From contig OZ244252.1 in the NCBI GenBank assembly GCA_965217185.1, positions 3,968,001 to 4,032,000 on the forward strand: DNA of 64,000 nucleotides, read 5' to 3'. This DNA is from an uncultured Candidatus Entotheonella sp. (GTDB lineage: Bacteria > Tectomicrobia > Entotheonellia > Entotheonellales > Entotheonellaceae). A program made the position numbers and the translations under genes. Position 1 is the first letter of the stretch. Each line of letters starts with the position of its first letter. Below, one piece after another: positions 50,140 through 64,000 of this stretch. The notes beneath the pieces were generated by a model that was not told where the DNA came from, searched no databases, and saw only the letters and a program-made list of their open reading frames with translations.

Positions 50140-53100
50140 TCATTGTACCGCCAGGCGTAGCATGACCTCGTACTCCGGCGTCGCGCTGCCCAACGTGCTA
50201 TCACGCCGCCTTCCCTCGATACCGAGCCGCAGCCGCTCCCGGCGCGGCAGCCTCAGCCGATAGCCCACACGCACCTCGCGAGCAACGTCTGAAAGTCCCA
50301 CGCCCAGATACGGCGTTCCCGTGGCCTGACCGTTGAACACCGCCAGCCCGTAGGCCGCCTCGGCGTCGACACGGCCGCCGGCTGCAGCCGTGTCGTTCGG
50401 CGCCAACCCTGCCAGGGTGTCGCGCCCCAGAAGCGCCGCTACACCGCCCGAGGCCGATGAACCCCACGACGGCGTCAGCGACACCGACGGACCCCGCTCC
50501 GAAGCCGGCGTCGGGTCGAAGCGCAGCGATCCCGACACGCCCCAGTCCCGGAAGCCCGAAGCCTCGTGCGCCACCAGGCCGCGCACCATCACCTGCGCCA
50601 TCAGACCTCGCGCCGCATCGGCAAAGATGAGCCCGCCGCCAAGCTCCACGCCAAAGCCCGTCTCCGCGTCGCCGCCGTCATGGCGCAGACCCAATTCAAC
50701 CATCGGCGTCAATGATCCGCCGCCCGTAAGGGCAAGCTCCACCGAGCCCTCCAGACCCAGGCGCAGGCGGCTCACGTCCGCTACCGCCGCAGCCAGCAGA
50801 CCCGACGCACCCGCCGCCGCTTCCGAGGTCGTGTGCACCAATAGCGCGTCCGACTCGAACGCCAGCGACAGGCCGCCTTCCCGTTGCCTGGGTACGAGAT
50901 CGCCCCGCACACCGATGGCAGCCATCGTCAGGTCCATGTCGGTGCGGTACGACGCCCCGTCCTGCAGCGTCAGTTTCAGATCGCCCTGGCCGTAGCCCGC
51001 CACGCCCCAAAGCGACAGACGCTCCGTGAGGTCGTAGCCGGCATAGGGGTAGAGGCCGGTCAGTGAGGACGTGATACGGCCTTCGCCGCCGCTTGGTGCA
51101 TGACGCCAAGTGCCGTCGCCCTTGCTGTGCGACAGCGACAGTCCCACCACCCAGCGCCCCATGGCGTAATCGGCGCCGAGCATCCCGGTCGTCACCCTGC
51201 CGTCGAGCGACAGGCCGTCCACATTCCCGTCGAAGCCCGAATGGGCTCCGCGGCCCCAGACGGCGCCAAATCCGCCGTCCGCCTCGCCGCTCAGGGTGAA
51301 CGCGCTTCGTGTCACCAGATCACGCGCCGTCAGCAGTTGCGGCTGGAAGCGAACTTGAATTGCTTCCTCGCCGTCGACCCATTCCGACAGGCCCCGGAAG
51401 CCATCCTGCGTTGCCGCTGCCTCGCCTGTGTCGCCGACAGCATGGCCCACGACGGTGGCCTGCATCCCCGACAGGCCGGGCCCCGACAGGCGGGCCTGTA
51501 CGCCGTCGAGCACGTGCTGCGCCGCGGTGCGACCGAAGCGCGCCAGCCAGGCCCGCTGCAACGGGTCGTCGTTCTCGATCGTTCCGGTCGCCGAGTCGTC
51601 CGCGACGTGCGCCCCCGAGGCGTTGCTCAGGGTCAGCGTCAGAGTTTCCTCCCCCTCGTCGTGGGCGTCGTCCAGCAACGCTACCGAAACGGTCTTCTGC
51701 GTCTCGCCGGCGGTGAAGGTGAGCGCGCCGCTCGCGGCCGTGTAGTCCTGGCCCGCAGTGGCGGTACCGTCGGCGGTGGCGTAATCCACCGTCACCGTCT
51801 CGGCGGCAGCTCGGCTCAGGGTTACCACGAAGTCGAGGGTGGCGCCCGTCTCCTCGGTTGCCCGCGCGTCGGCAACCAACAGCGTGGATAGGTCCACATA
51901 GCCACGCACCTTGTGGGCCGACTGCACGCCTGCGGCGGCGTATTCAAGGGCCGCCGACTCGCCGCTCTCGACGCCTCGAACCCTGCCGCCGTTGAGGTGG
52001 ATGATTCCCACGCCGATCTCGATGCCGTCGTCGTCCCCGTCGATGTCCTCGATCGTGTAGCCGAAGACGAGGTCCTGGGTACCGTGCCCCCGCGCGAAGC
52101 CTGCTCTCACCGCACGCGCGGCGCCGCGGCTCCCCAGGTCGAATTCGAGATACGGGCTCCCCGTCACCTCTACCGGTTGGGTGAAGACCACCCGGATGTC
52201 GATGTGTTCGCCGGGTCCGTACGTGTCCCCGCCCGACTCTGGCCGGGACACCACCCCGGGCGCTCCGAAAATGCGCAGTGGGCCGTCCGCTTCGTCGTCG
52301 ATTTCGACGATCACGACGTCGGGCAGCTCGACGTAGTCCAGGCCCGTGTAGCCGCTGTACAGGTAATGGTGGAAGAGGCGCACCCCGCTATACGGGTCGT
52401 CGTCTTGCAGCGCCTCCACCGTTACCGGGAAGGCCTCCTGCCAGAGGTGCTCGTCTTGGGAGGTCGCCGCCTCTTCCGGGGTGAACGCCCAGACCTGCAC
52501 CCCGAGCGAGATCAGATCGGGGTCGCCAGGGCCCGTTGCCTGCGCGAGGGTCAGCCGCTGTTCCGGCCGCCTTTCGAGCTTGAGCTGGTAGGTCACTTGT
52601 TCCCCTTCGCGGACCTCAAGCCGCAAATCGGTGAGCGGGTTACCGTCGCCGTCGAGGAACGTGACGCCCACGTTGTCGTTGTCGATAATGACGATGTTGG
52701 CACGACATGGGCCGTCGCACGGCGTACGGTCGGGATTGCGCACCTGAATCAGGTCACCGAGTGACGGATCCTGCGCCAGCGTCACCCTGAAAATCTCTTC
52801 CAGCTCGTCCGCCGTGTCGTCGATCAGCTGCAACTCTACCCGCTTGCGCGCGACCCATCGGCCGCCGGCGGCCGAGAATTCCTCCGGCGCAAAGGTCAGG
52901 GATCGGGAAACGGCCACGTAATCATCATCCGGCGTTGCGTTTGCCCCTTCCGTGGATAAGGTCACGTTGTGACGCCGATTCGGCGCCGGAAATCCCCGCT
53001 CGGTCTCCATGATGACCTCGATGCTCGCCTCCGGGCCGGTCGCACTCTCCCGGAAGTTGTAGGCGGATTGCACCAGCCGAACGATGATCGAGGGATCGGA

Positions 53101-55263
53101 CACCAGCAGGCGGGCGCTTGCCGCCGCCGGTGTTCCGACGTGGTAGCCGGCGCCCTTGATGACCGTGGCCGTAAGCACCCCGCTTGCAGTCATCTGCTGG
53201 CTGTAGCGGGAGGCGGGGATGCGCAACTCGGCGGCTATCGCGTTGGCAGGGAATTCGACGTGCCGCGTGAGGTCGGCGGCGTCCAGGAACGGCTGCTCCT
53301 GCGCCAGCCTGACGTTGGCCGTAAGCGCCTCATCCGACGCCTCGGCCAGCGTCAGATTGAAGATCACGTCGTCCAGTGCTGCGATATATGCTTCCCTGCC
53401 CGCCCTGATCGTCACCGTCTGTCCCGTTACCGCCCCGTCGTTGTCGGCGATGTTCACCGTGGCGGAAGCCTGGCTGCCGACGCCTACCCCCGACGGCAGG
53501 GTCCCGAAAGAGAGCTCCACGCTCTCGCCGTCGTCGTCTTCACCGTCGTCGATTGCGGTCACCGTGAAGCTTTTGGCGGTCTCGCCCGGCGCAAAGGTAA
53601 GGCTGGTCGCCGACAGGGTGAAGTCGTCGCTGGTGGCGCCGTTGCCGGGGGCGGTAATGATGGGGACGGTGACCGCGCGGTCGGGGCCGGGGTCCAGTTC
53701 CACGGTCACCGTCGCGGTCGTTCCATCCTCGGAGACGTTGAAGGCGCCCGCATCAAACGACGCGGCTATTGAGCGGCTGACCTTGTGGCCGGCGTCGTCG
53801 GACAGGCCGGTATAGTGCCGGGATGCCACGAAGACCCCACGATAGGGGCCGGCCACGGGGAGCGGCCCGCCGAAGCCGGAGTCCGGGCCGCCCGTATCGA
53901 CGCTGATGCCGTTTGCATCGGAATCGTCAACCTGCACCCGGTAGCGGTACACCAGCCGATTGCTGCCGGAGCCGGATGCGTAACGTGCCGCGCGGTAGTT
54001 GGAACCGTCCGCGGCGTCGCCGACTCGGATGCCGATGACCGAGCCGGCCGTCTGTATGTGTGCCTCCGTGGTGAACGTCAGGGTGACGTCGATCTTCTCG
54101 CCGACACGGTAGCCATCGCCGTGGGCGGGCGTGGAAGTGATCTCCACGTCGGTAACGTGGAACGAGCCGTCCACCTTGTGGCTGCGATCATCGGCCAGGC
54201 CGGGGTAATAGCGGTCTACGGGCAATAAGCCGAGGCTGGCGACGAGGGTGGGCACAAAACCGCTGAATCCGCTGTCCGGCCCGCCCGCATCGACGCTGAT
54301 GCCGTTCGCGTCGGCATCGATAATGTCCACCTGATAGCGGTACACCAGCCGGTCGGTGCCGGAGCCCGACAGGTATGTCGCCGTGCGGTCGTTCTGGCCG
54401 CTGGCGGCGTCAACACGAATACCGATGGCGGAGCCCTCGTCCGGCACGTAAACCGCGGCGTTGAAGGTCAGGGCGATATCGATGTTTTCGCCGTACAGAT
54501 AAGTGTGCCCGTTGGCTGGCGTCGATATGATCTCCGTCTTGTAGGCGCGATGGGGGCTCGGTCGCCCCTTGACCTGTATCCTGAGAATCCCGCTCACAGC
54601 ATGCTTCCACGTGCTGGCACCGGGTGGCCGAAAGCCCAGCCGATCGAGAATAGTCCACCCCGCTTCGGCGCCCGAGTCTTCTGCAGAGCTGTATGTGATG
54701 CCGAATTCGACGAGGTTGTCGCCTTCGCAGCCGCCGGTGCAGTCAAGGACGATATGGTAATTCGTATTCGGCTCCAGATAGGTGTTGGGAGGCGCCTTCC
54801 ACTCGTTGTGCGCGCGGTTGTTCGAGCCCGACCGGTCGAGGGCGGTAACCCTGGTCAAGCGCCCGTTGCCCTGGTATAGGCTGGCCCTTATCGTCAGGTC
54901 CCGGCTATCGTGGCTGTTTCCCACGTATAGCGAAATGCCGTCCAGTTCATATCCAAACGGATTCGGGCCCGTCGTGAACCCCTGATACAGCCCGGTCTGA
55001 TTCGCGCTCAGATTCGTGATCCGGTCCGGCACGGGTTGGCCGGTATTCTTCACGAGCGTGGTAACGGGCGGATCGTACGTCTGCGCGGGGACGGTCGCGA
55101 CGTTAAGGAGCACGCCGGCCACCGCCACAAGAATCGCCGCGATTCGCCGTGCGCCGAGCGGCGGCTTGGCTGCCACACGGCCTGTTGACCACCGTTGCAA
55201 GGGTTCCGTCTCAGCCTCTCCCGCCACCCGCCTCTCAACGTCGTGAACCAGCACAACTCTCAT
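50140..55263 (-). CDS. Autotransporter-like adhesin with Calx-beta and Ig-like repeats and a C-terminal beta-barrel
   Basis: Extended signal peptide, Calx-beta (VTVDYATADGTATAGQDY), linker AWLARFGRT and barrel strands (TTGMLGADY, PMVELGLRHDGGDAETGFG). Confidence 0.9.
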   Translation of the reverse strand: MRVVLVHDVERRVAGEAETEPLQRWSTGRVAAKPPLGARRIAAILVAVAGVLLNVATVPAQTYDPPVTTLVKNTGQPVPDRITNLSANQTGLYQGFTTGPNPFGYELDGISLYVGNSHDSRDLTIRASLYQGNGRLTRVTALDRSGSNNRAHNEWKAPPNTYLEPNTNYHIVLDCTGGCEGDNLVEFGITYSSAEDSGAEAGWTILDRLGFRPPGASTWKHAVSGILRIQVKGRPSPHRAYKTEIISTPANGHTYLYGENIDIALTFNAAVYVPDEGSAIGIRVDAASGQNDRTATYLSGSGTDRLVYRYQVDIIDADANGISVDAGGPDSGFSGFVPTLVASLGLLPVDRYYPGLADDRSHKVDGSFHVTDVEITSTPAHGDGYRVGEKIDVTLTFTTEAHIQTAGSVIGIRVGDAADGSNYRAARYASGSGSNRLVYRYRVQVDDSDANGISVDTGGPDSGFGGPLPVAGPYRGVFVASRHYTGLSDDAGHKVSRSIAASFDAGAFNVSEDGTTATVTVELDPGPDRAVTVPIITAPGNGATSDDFTLSATSLTFAPGETAKSFTVTAIDDGEDDDGESVELSFGTLPSGVGVGSQASATVNIADNDGAVTGQTVTIRAGREAYIAALDDVIFNLTLAEASDEALTANVRLAQEQPFLDAADLTRHVEFPANAIAAELRIPASRYSQQMTASGVLTATVIKGAGYHVGTPAAASARLLVSDPSIIVRLVQSAYNFRESATGPEASIEVIMETERGFPAPNRRHNVTLSTEGANATPDDDYVAVSRSLTFAPEEFSAAGGRWVARKRVELQLIDDTADELEEIFRVTLAQDPSLGDLIQVRNPDRTPCDGPCRANIVIIDNDNVGVTFLDGDGNPLTDLRLEVREGEQVTYQLKLERRPEQRLTLAQATGPGDPDLISLGVQVWAFTPEEAATSQDEHLWQEAFPVTVEALQDDDPYSGVRLFHHYLYSGYTGLDYVELPDVVIVEIDDEADGPLRIFGAPGVVSRPESGGDTYGPGEHIDIRVVFTQPVEVTGSPYLEFDLGSRGAARAVRAGFARGHGTQDLVFGYTIEDIDGDDDGIEIGVGIIHLNGGRVRGVESGESAALEYAAAGVQSAHKVRGYVDLSTLLVADARATEETGATLDFVVTLSRAAAETVTVDYATADGTATAGQDYTAASGALTFTAGETQKTVSVALLDDAHDEGEETLTLTLSNASGAHVADDSATGTIENDDPLQRAWLARFGRTAAQHVLDGVQARLSGPGLSGMQATVVGHAVGDTGEAAATQDGFRGLSEWVDGEEAIQVRFQPQLLTARDLVTRSAFTLSGEADGGFGAVWGRGAHSGFDGNVDGLSLDGRVTTGMLGADYAMGRWVVGLSLSHSKGDGTWRHAPSGGEGRITSSLTGLYPYAGYDLTERLSLWGVAGYGQGDLKLTLQDGASYRTDMDLTMAAIGVRGDLVPRQREGGLSLAFESDALLVHTTSEAAAGASGLLAAAVADVSRLRLGLEGSVELALTGGGSLTPMVELGLRHDGGDAETGFGVELGGGLIFADAARGLMAQVMVRGLVAHEASGFRDWGVSGSLRFDPTPASERGPSVSLTPSWGSSASGGVAALLGRDTLAGLAPNDTAAAGGRVDAEAAYGLAVFNGQATGTPYLGVGLSDVAREVRVGYRLRLPRRERLRLGIEGRRRDSTLGSATPEYEVMLRLAVQ

Positions 55264-55323
55264 TGACCAGCCTCCTTCTGTGTTCGGCTAGAACGGACAT
55301 GCTCTAGTCAATCCCATGCAGAG

Positions 55324-55558
55324 GCATGAATCGTGCCAAGTTCCCGGCTGGTGAATTAAGTCCTTTATGCAAAGGACGTTAGGAGGATCGGCAGAGAAGA
55401 GTGGGGGATTACGAAATGATGCCGAATGCAACAGGGCGGAAGACGCTGGAGGAGGGAAGGGGAGTAGCTAACTATCTGAAATCGGGTTGCTTACGATGGA
55501 TTTGACGAGGCAGGTTGGGTGGATGTGCTGATTGGCACCTCTGCTGCATATTGCAACA
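55324..55558 (-). promoter_or_regulatory. sigma54 promoter/enhancer cassette, copy 3
   Basis: TGGCACGATTCATGC 60 bp upstream of the autotransporter ATG, IHF-like boxes and TGCTGCATATTGCAACA. Confidence 0.78.
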
Positions 55559-55597
55559 GTCGGATCAAGGCCGAGAGGTCGTTGCCCGGTGGCTTTT

Positions 55598-57499
55598 TCA
55601 CTTTTCCGCCAAGCCGTACTTTTTCAACTTCCGGTACAGGGTCGTGCGATTGACGTTCAGCACTTGAGCGGCCTTGGTGATATTCCCATCCGAGGCTTCG
55701 AGGGCGTGGACAAGTGCCTGCTGCTCGGCTTCCTGCATCGAAAGGACTGGCCGGGCAGGGTCTTCGGGATCCGTTAGAGGTGGAATCAGGGCGGCAAGTT
55801 GGGGCGGGAGGTTGCCGACTTGCAGCCGGTCCGTGGTCTCCAGCAGCAGGGCTCGTTCAATGGCGTTTCGGAGCTCACGCACGTTGCCGGGCCAGTCATA
55901 TACGAGCAACTTTTGCAGCGCCGCGGGGGAAATGCCGTGTGCGCATTCCTCGGTGCTACCGGCGTGGTTTTTCAGAAAATGGGCAACCAGCAGAGGGATA
56001 TCCTCACGGTGTTCTCTGAGGGGTGGGAGGACGAGGGGATAGGCAGCCAGGCGATAGAAGAGATCGGCGCGGAACTCGCCGGCTTTGACCGCGCGCTCCA
56101 AGTCCCGATTGGTTGCCGCAATCACGCGGATGTCGATGGGAATCGTGGCCGTTCCGCCGACTCGCTGGATTTCCCGCTCCTGCAGAACACGCAGCAACTT
56201 GGCTTGTAGAGCCATGGGCATGTCGCCGATTTCGTCGAGCAGAACGGTTCCGCCCTGGGCGCGCTCGAACTGCCCGATGCGTCGTATCGTTGCCCCGGTA
56301 AAAGCCCCGCGCTCATGGCCGAAAAGCTCGCTTTCGATCAGCGTTTCGGGAATGGCAGCGCAGTTGACAGCGACAAAAGGGCCTTTCTTCCTCGGGCTGT
56401 TGAAGTGAATCAGCTTGGAGGCGAGCTCTTTGCCGGTGCCGCTTTCGCCTTGAATCAGCACCGTGATGTCGCTTTCAGACGCCCGCTGCATCAGCGCATA
56501 GACGTCCTGCATATTCTTGCTTTTTCCCACGATGCCATCGAGGGCGTAGGTGGTTTCGAGTTCGGTGCGCAAGCGCAGGACCTCGGCTTTCATCCGCTCG
56601 CTCTCGACCTCCTTGGACACGTCACGGTATACGGTGATGTGGCCCATGAGGTTTTGTCGATTGTCGCGCACGGGTGCTCTCGAGCGATAAAACAGCCGGG
56701 AGGGTGAGGCGTCGTTTTCGGTGACTTCTTCCTCCAGTTCGCCCACGCTGTCAAAAAACAGCCGGCGCCCCAATTCAGGCAGGACGGGCGGCCGGAGACG
56801 CCTCTTGATGCGTGCCATGAGGTCAGTTGGCGGCATTTCCTTCAGCTCGCTTTCCGGGGCGCCGATCAGCTTCTCATATTCCCGATTTGCAACCTGGAGG
56901 CGGCCGCCGGCATCAAACATGCCGATGGCATCTCCTGTCGCGTCGAGCACGGCTTCGAGTCTTTGAAAACTGCTCTCGAGTTGCTGCCGGTTCTTTGCCA
57001 ACTCCTGCTCGATGTTCCACTTGCCGACGAGGGCAAGCGTGATCTGCTGAATTTCCTCGCGCGAAAAAGGCTTTCTGATGTAGAGCAATTTGTGAAGCAA
57101 CTGCATGTCGTTGATGATCTCGGGCAGCGTCTTGTCGGAGTAGGCGGTCATGATGACGATTTCGAGGTTGTGCTCGAATTCCCGAATCCGACGCACGGTT
57201 TCGATGCCGTCGGTACCCGGAGGCATTCTCACGTCAACGTAGGCCATTGCAAAGGGAGCGTCTCTGTCCTTTCCTGCCTTGATCATTTCGCAGGCTTCTT
57301 CCCCACTTGTCGCGTGGAAGAGTTCAAACTGCGGCAGAAAGGCTGTATCGGTCTCCGAGACAAACGCGCCCGCCAGATCATCCGTTGCCCGCTTGGCGGA
57401 ACTGGGAACAAGCATCTCTTCAAAGTCGTTGTGAATTTCCTCTTGGTCATCAGCGATCAGCACGCGGTAGTTCCAGGGTTGGATGACGTTCACTTTCAT
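55598..57499 (-). CDS. sigma54-dependent response regulator (REC-PAS-AAA+-Fis HTH, NtrC-like)
   Basis: [13 protein letters not shown] (REC), [36 protein letters not shown]. Confidence 0.95.
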   Translation of the reverse strand: MKVNVIQPWNYRVLIADDQEEIHNDFEEMLVPSSAKRATDDLAGAFVSETDTAFLPQFELFHATSGEEACEMIKAGKDRDAPFAMAYVDVRMPPGTDGIETVRRIREFEHNLEIVIMTAYSDKTLPEIINDMQLLHKLLYIRKPFSREEIQQITLALVGKWNIEQELAKNRQQLESSFQRLEAVLDATGDAIGMFDAGGRLQVANREYEKLIGAPESELKEMPPTDLMARIKRRLRPPVLPELGRRLFFDSVGELEEEVTENDASPSRLFYRSRAPVRDNRQNLMGHITVYRDVSKEVESERMKAEVLRLRTELETTYALDGIVGKSKNMQDVYALMQRASESDITVLIQGESGTGKELASKLIHFNSPRKKGPFVAVNCAAIPETLIESELFGHERGAFTGATIRRIGQFERAQGGTVLLDEIGDMPMALQAKLLRVLQEREIQRVGGTATIPIDIRVIAATNRDLERAVKAGEFRADLFYRLAAYPLVLPPLREHREDIPLLVAHFLKNHAGSTEECAHGISPAALQKLLVYDWPGNVRELRNAIERALLLETTDRLQVGNLPPQLAALIPPLTDPEDPARPVLSMQEAEQQALVHALEASDGNITKAAQVLNVNRTTLYRKLKKYGLAEK

Positions 57500-57635
57500 A
57501 AAGCCGCCCTTTCATTCACTTGCGCGCACTTGCGCGCGAGGGACGAGTGCGACGTGGTGATTCGGAGGGTTCACAGAACCGGAACGCCTGGACGGCGCCG
57601 CGCGGAGATTTCCGGCACGGCGTCCCGCCCTGAGA

Positions 57636-58970
57636 TCAACAGGAAGGGAGCCGCAGCATGACGCGCATGGTGGTGCCGGTGCCGGTGCCGCCGCTCAGGG
57701 GATGAATTTTCCCGCCGGAGCCGGTGACGAAATTGGCCGCCGAATGGAGACCGAGCCCGCTCCCCTCCGGCTTCGTGGTATAGCCCGGCCTGAAGATCGC
57801 CTTGAAGTTTTTCCGGGCAATGCCGATGCCGTTGTCCAGCACGTCAATGACGAGAAAATCCCGCCGCACGTAGGCTCGGATCTCGATGCGTGGCAGGCCC
57901 TTGAATTCGCCCGATTGCTTCAGCTCATCAATGGCCTCCATCGAGTTCTTGAGGAGGTTGACCAGCATCTGGTTGAACTGGGCCTCCTGAACGCGGATCT
58001 CTCCGGGGGCGTTGCCGCAGTTCACGTGCGTCCGGATGCTTCTGCTGGCAAACGAGTCTTGCAGGATTCTCAGGGTGCCAAGTAGGGCCTGACGCAGGTT
58101 GACGTCTTTGCAGGTCATGGCTTTGCTGTCAAAGCCCCGTTGCGTGCGGACGATATCCACGATGTGGCTCGTCTGGCTCCTGACGCGTTCAACCGTGCGG
58201 ATCAGTTGTTGATTCTGCTTGACGAAGTCCTCGGCGAGAGCCAACAGAAACGGCCGCACCTGCTGGCCTTGCGGGTCATGTTGGATGTAGCGGCACCAAT
58301 CTGCCGGATGCGCCTTGACAGCCTCTGACAAAGCCGTCAAGCGTTTGATCAATTGATTGTCCACCAACTGTTCTTTCAGGGTTCCAACGCCGATGGCCAC
58401 GCTGTTCACGGCGTTGCCGATGTTGTGCAGGATGGTGTCCATAACTTCCAGGCGGCCCTGCGCGAACGCTTGCGCGAGGGCTTCTTCGGCTTGCACGCTC
58501 TCCGTCACGTCACGGAAAACGATGACCCCGCCTCGCGCGCCGGTGCCGGGCAGCGTGATGGGCCTGCCGTTGGCGCTGATGTAGACGCCCTCCGGCTTGC
58601 CCGACGTGCGGATGAACATTTCCATCTCATCGGTTGCCTTGCCGCGCAAGGCGCGTGCGAGCGGCAGTTCCTCGTAGGGGATGGGCGTGACCTTGTCGGT
58701 GTAGAAGATCCGGTATTCTTCCGTCCACTGATCGGGGAGCGTATCCAGACGCATCCCGACAATACGTTCCGCACTTGGATTGAAGGTGAGGTTGCCGTTT
58801 TCGTCGACGACGATGACGCCGTCGCTGATGCTGTCAAAAATGGCCTGCATGAGGCGGACCTCATGCTGCAATCCGTCAATGGTTTTTTTCAACGTGTCCT
58901 TGGTTCCCCTAGTCTTGGCAATATCCCTTTCAGAGTTGTTCCTTGATGCTGCTGATGTTGCTTTCCCCAT
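57636..58970 (-). CDS. Soluble PAS-domain sensor histidine kinase (start uncertain, 58970-59177)
   Basis: PAS IFDSISDGVIVVDENG, H-box ILHNIGNAVNS, NLLKNSMEAI, DNGIGI, GSGLGLH. No TM segment. Confidence 0.92.
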   Translation of the reverse strand: MGKATSAASRNNSERDIAKTRGTKDTLKKTIDGLQHEVRLMQAIFDSISDGVIVVDENGNLTFNPSAERIVGMRLDTLPDQWTEEYRIFYTDKVTPIPYEELPLARALRGKATDEMEMFIRTSGKPEGVYISANGRPITLPGTGARGGVIVFRDVTESVQAEEALAQAFAQGRLEVMDTILHNIGNAVNSVAIGVGTLKEQLVDNQLIKRLTALSEAVKAHPADWCRYIQHDPQGQQVRPFLLALAEDFVKQNQQLIRTVERVRSQTSHIVDIVRTQRGFDSKAMTCKDVNLRQALLGTLRILQDSFASRSIRTHVNCGNAPGEIRVQEAQFNQMLVNLLKNSMEAIDELKQSGEFKGLPRIEIRAYVRRDFLVIDVLDNGIGIARKNFKAIFRPGYTTKPEGSGLGLHSAANFVTGSGGKIHPLSGGTGTGTTMRVMLRLPSC

Positions 58971-59267
58971 TGCCTTCACCTCGGCAATCTGTTGAGCGAT
59001 GCGATCACGGGCAAGAAGTTCCCCGACCTCATCGGCCACCGGGCACGCCCTTTCCCAGGATCGTGCCTCCCAAATGACGCTTTTTGATGCTGCCATTCGT
59101 ATTTTAAAGCACTTATGGCTCTGAAGGCATCCGGCCATGCTCAGGATACTGAGCTGTCCCGCGCCCCAAAGCGTCATTCCGAAGTTTGATCCAGGGTTCA
59201 GGACAGGCTCCAGAATCCAGCGACCTCAATGTTAAGCCGCGTGGATGGGTTCGGGGTGATTACTGGG

Positions 59268-59499
59268 GCATAAATTGTGCCAAGTCCCTGGAGAACGGGT
59301 AAGTCTTTTAATCAAATGACGTTAGACAATTTACGGGCGAAAATGACAGGATCTGAGGGCGATGCAAAACGCAACGGCCTGCAAGCCGCCAGAGGAGAGG
59401 CAAGGGAGATCAACCCTCTGAAATCGTGGGATTTATGATGAAGTTGATGGGCAAAGCCGATGACTGTATCAATTTGCGACGCCGTTGCATTTTGCAACA
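59268..59499 (-). promoter_or_regulatory. sigma54 promoter/enhancer cassette, copy 4
   Basis: TGGCACAATTTATGC, IHF-like AATCAAATGACGTTA and CGTTGCATTTTGCAACA. Confidence 0.75.
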
Positions 59500-59646
59500 T
59501 ATCATAGCGTGCTTCCCTGCCTTTGCATGCTGTCCGGCGCCATCTCACATGATGTTGCAGTCCGTCGACGAAGCCTAGTCTGAGAAGGCGGTGATGCTGG
59601 TGAATGCGCTGAGATCGATCTCAGCTTCACCGTCCGTTCCGAATCC

Positions 59647-64000
<4,354 letters not shown>

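Overview
GC-rich bacterial window. The giant Fn3/cadherin/Calx-beta/LRR/RTX surface proteins, LuxR-PAS regulators and heavy IS load resemble sponge-symbiont genomes (inference). Left part (1-17.3 kb): a decaying accessory region with an outer-membrane beta-barrel, a NYN ribonuclease preceded by a promoter/two-hairpin/terminator leader, orphan or frameshifted ABC binding proteins, a PG-binding/FGE-sulfatase protein, group II intron remnants, a pile-up of five abutting IS elements and a TMTC-like GT-C/TPR protein. Middle (17.6-35 kb): an unusual complex I cluster, nuoL-M-A-CD-E-F-H-J-K-N followed by a second nuoJ-K-L-M-N, with no nuoB, nuoG or nuoI. Right part (35-64 kb): a Phd antitoxin with a deleted VapC, three modular surface-protein genes, and an IS1595 element carrying a HicBA-like operon and a non-canonical tRNA-like gene (long variable arm, UGC anticodon). 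It also holds a PAS kinase with a sigma54 activator, four homologous ~235-bp sigma54 promoter/enhancer cassettes, and a double-length uvrA running off the end. Best leads: the tRNA-like/HicBA IS1595 element, the sRNA-terminator-NYN module and the repeated sigma54 cassette regulon.
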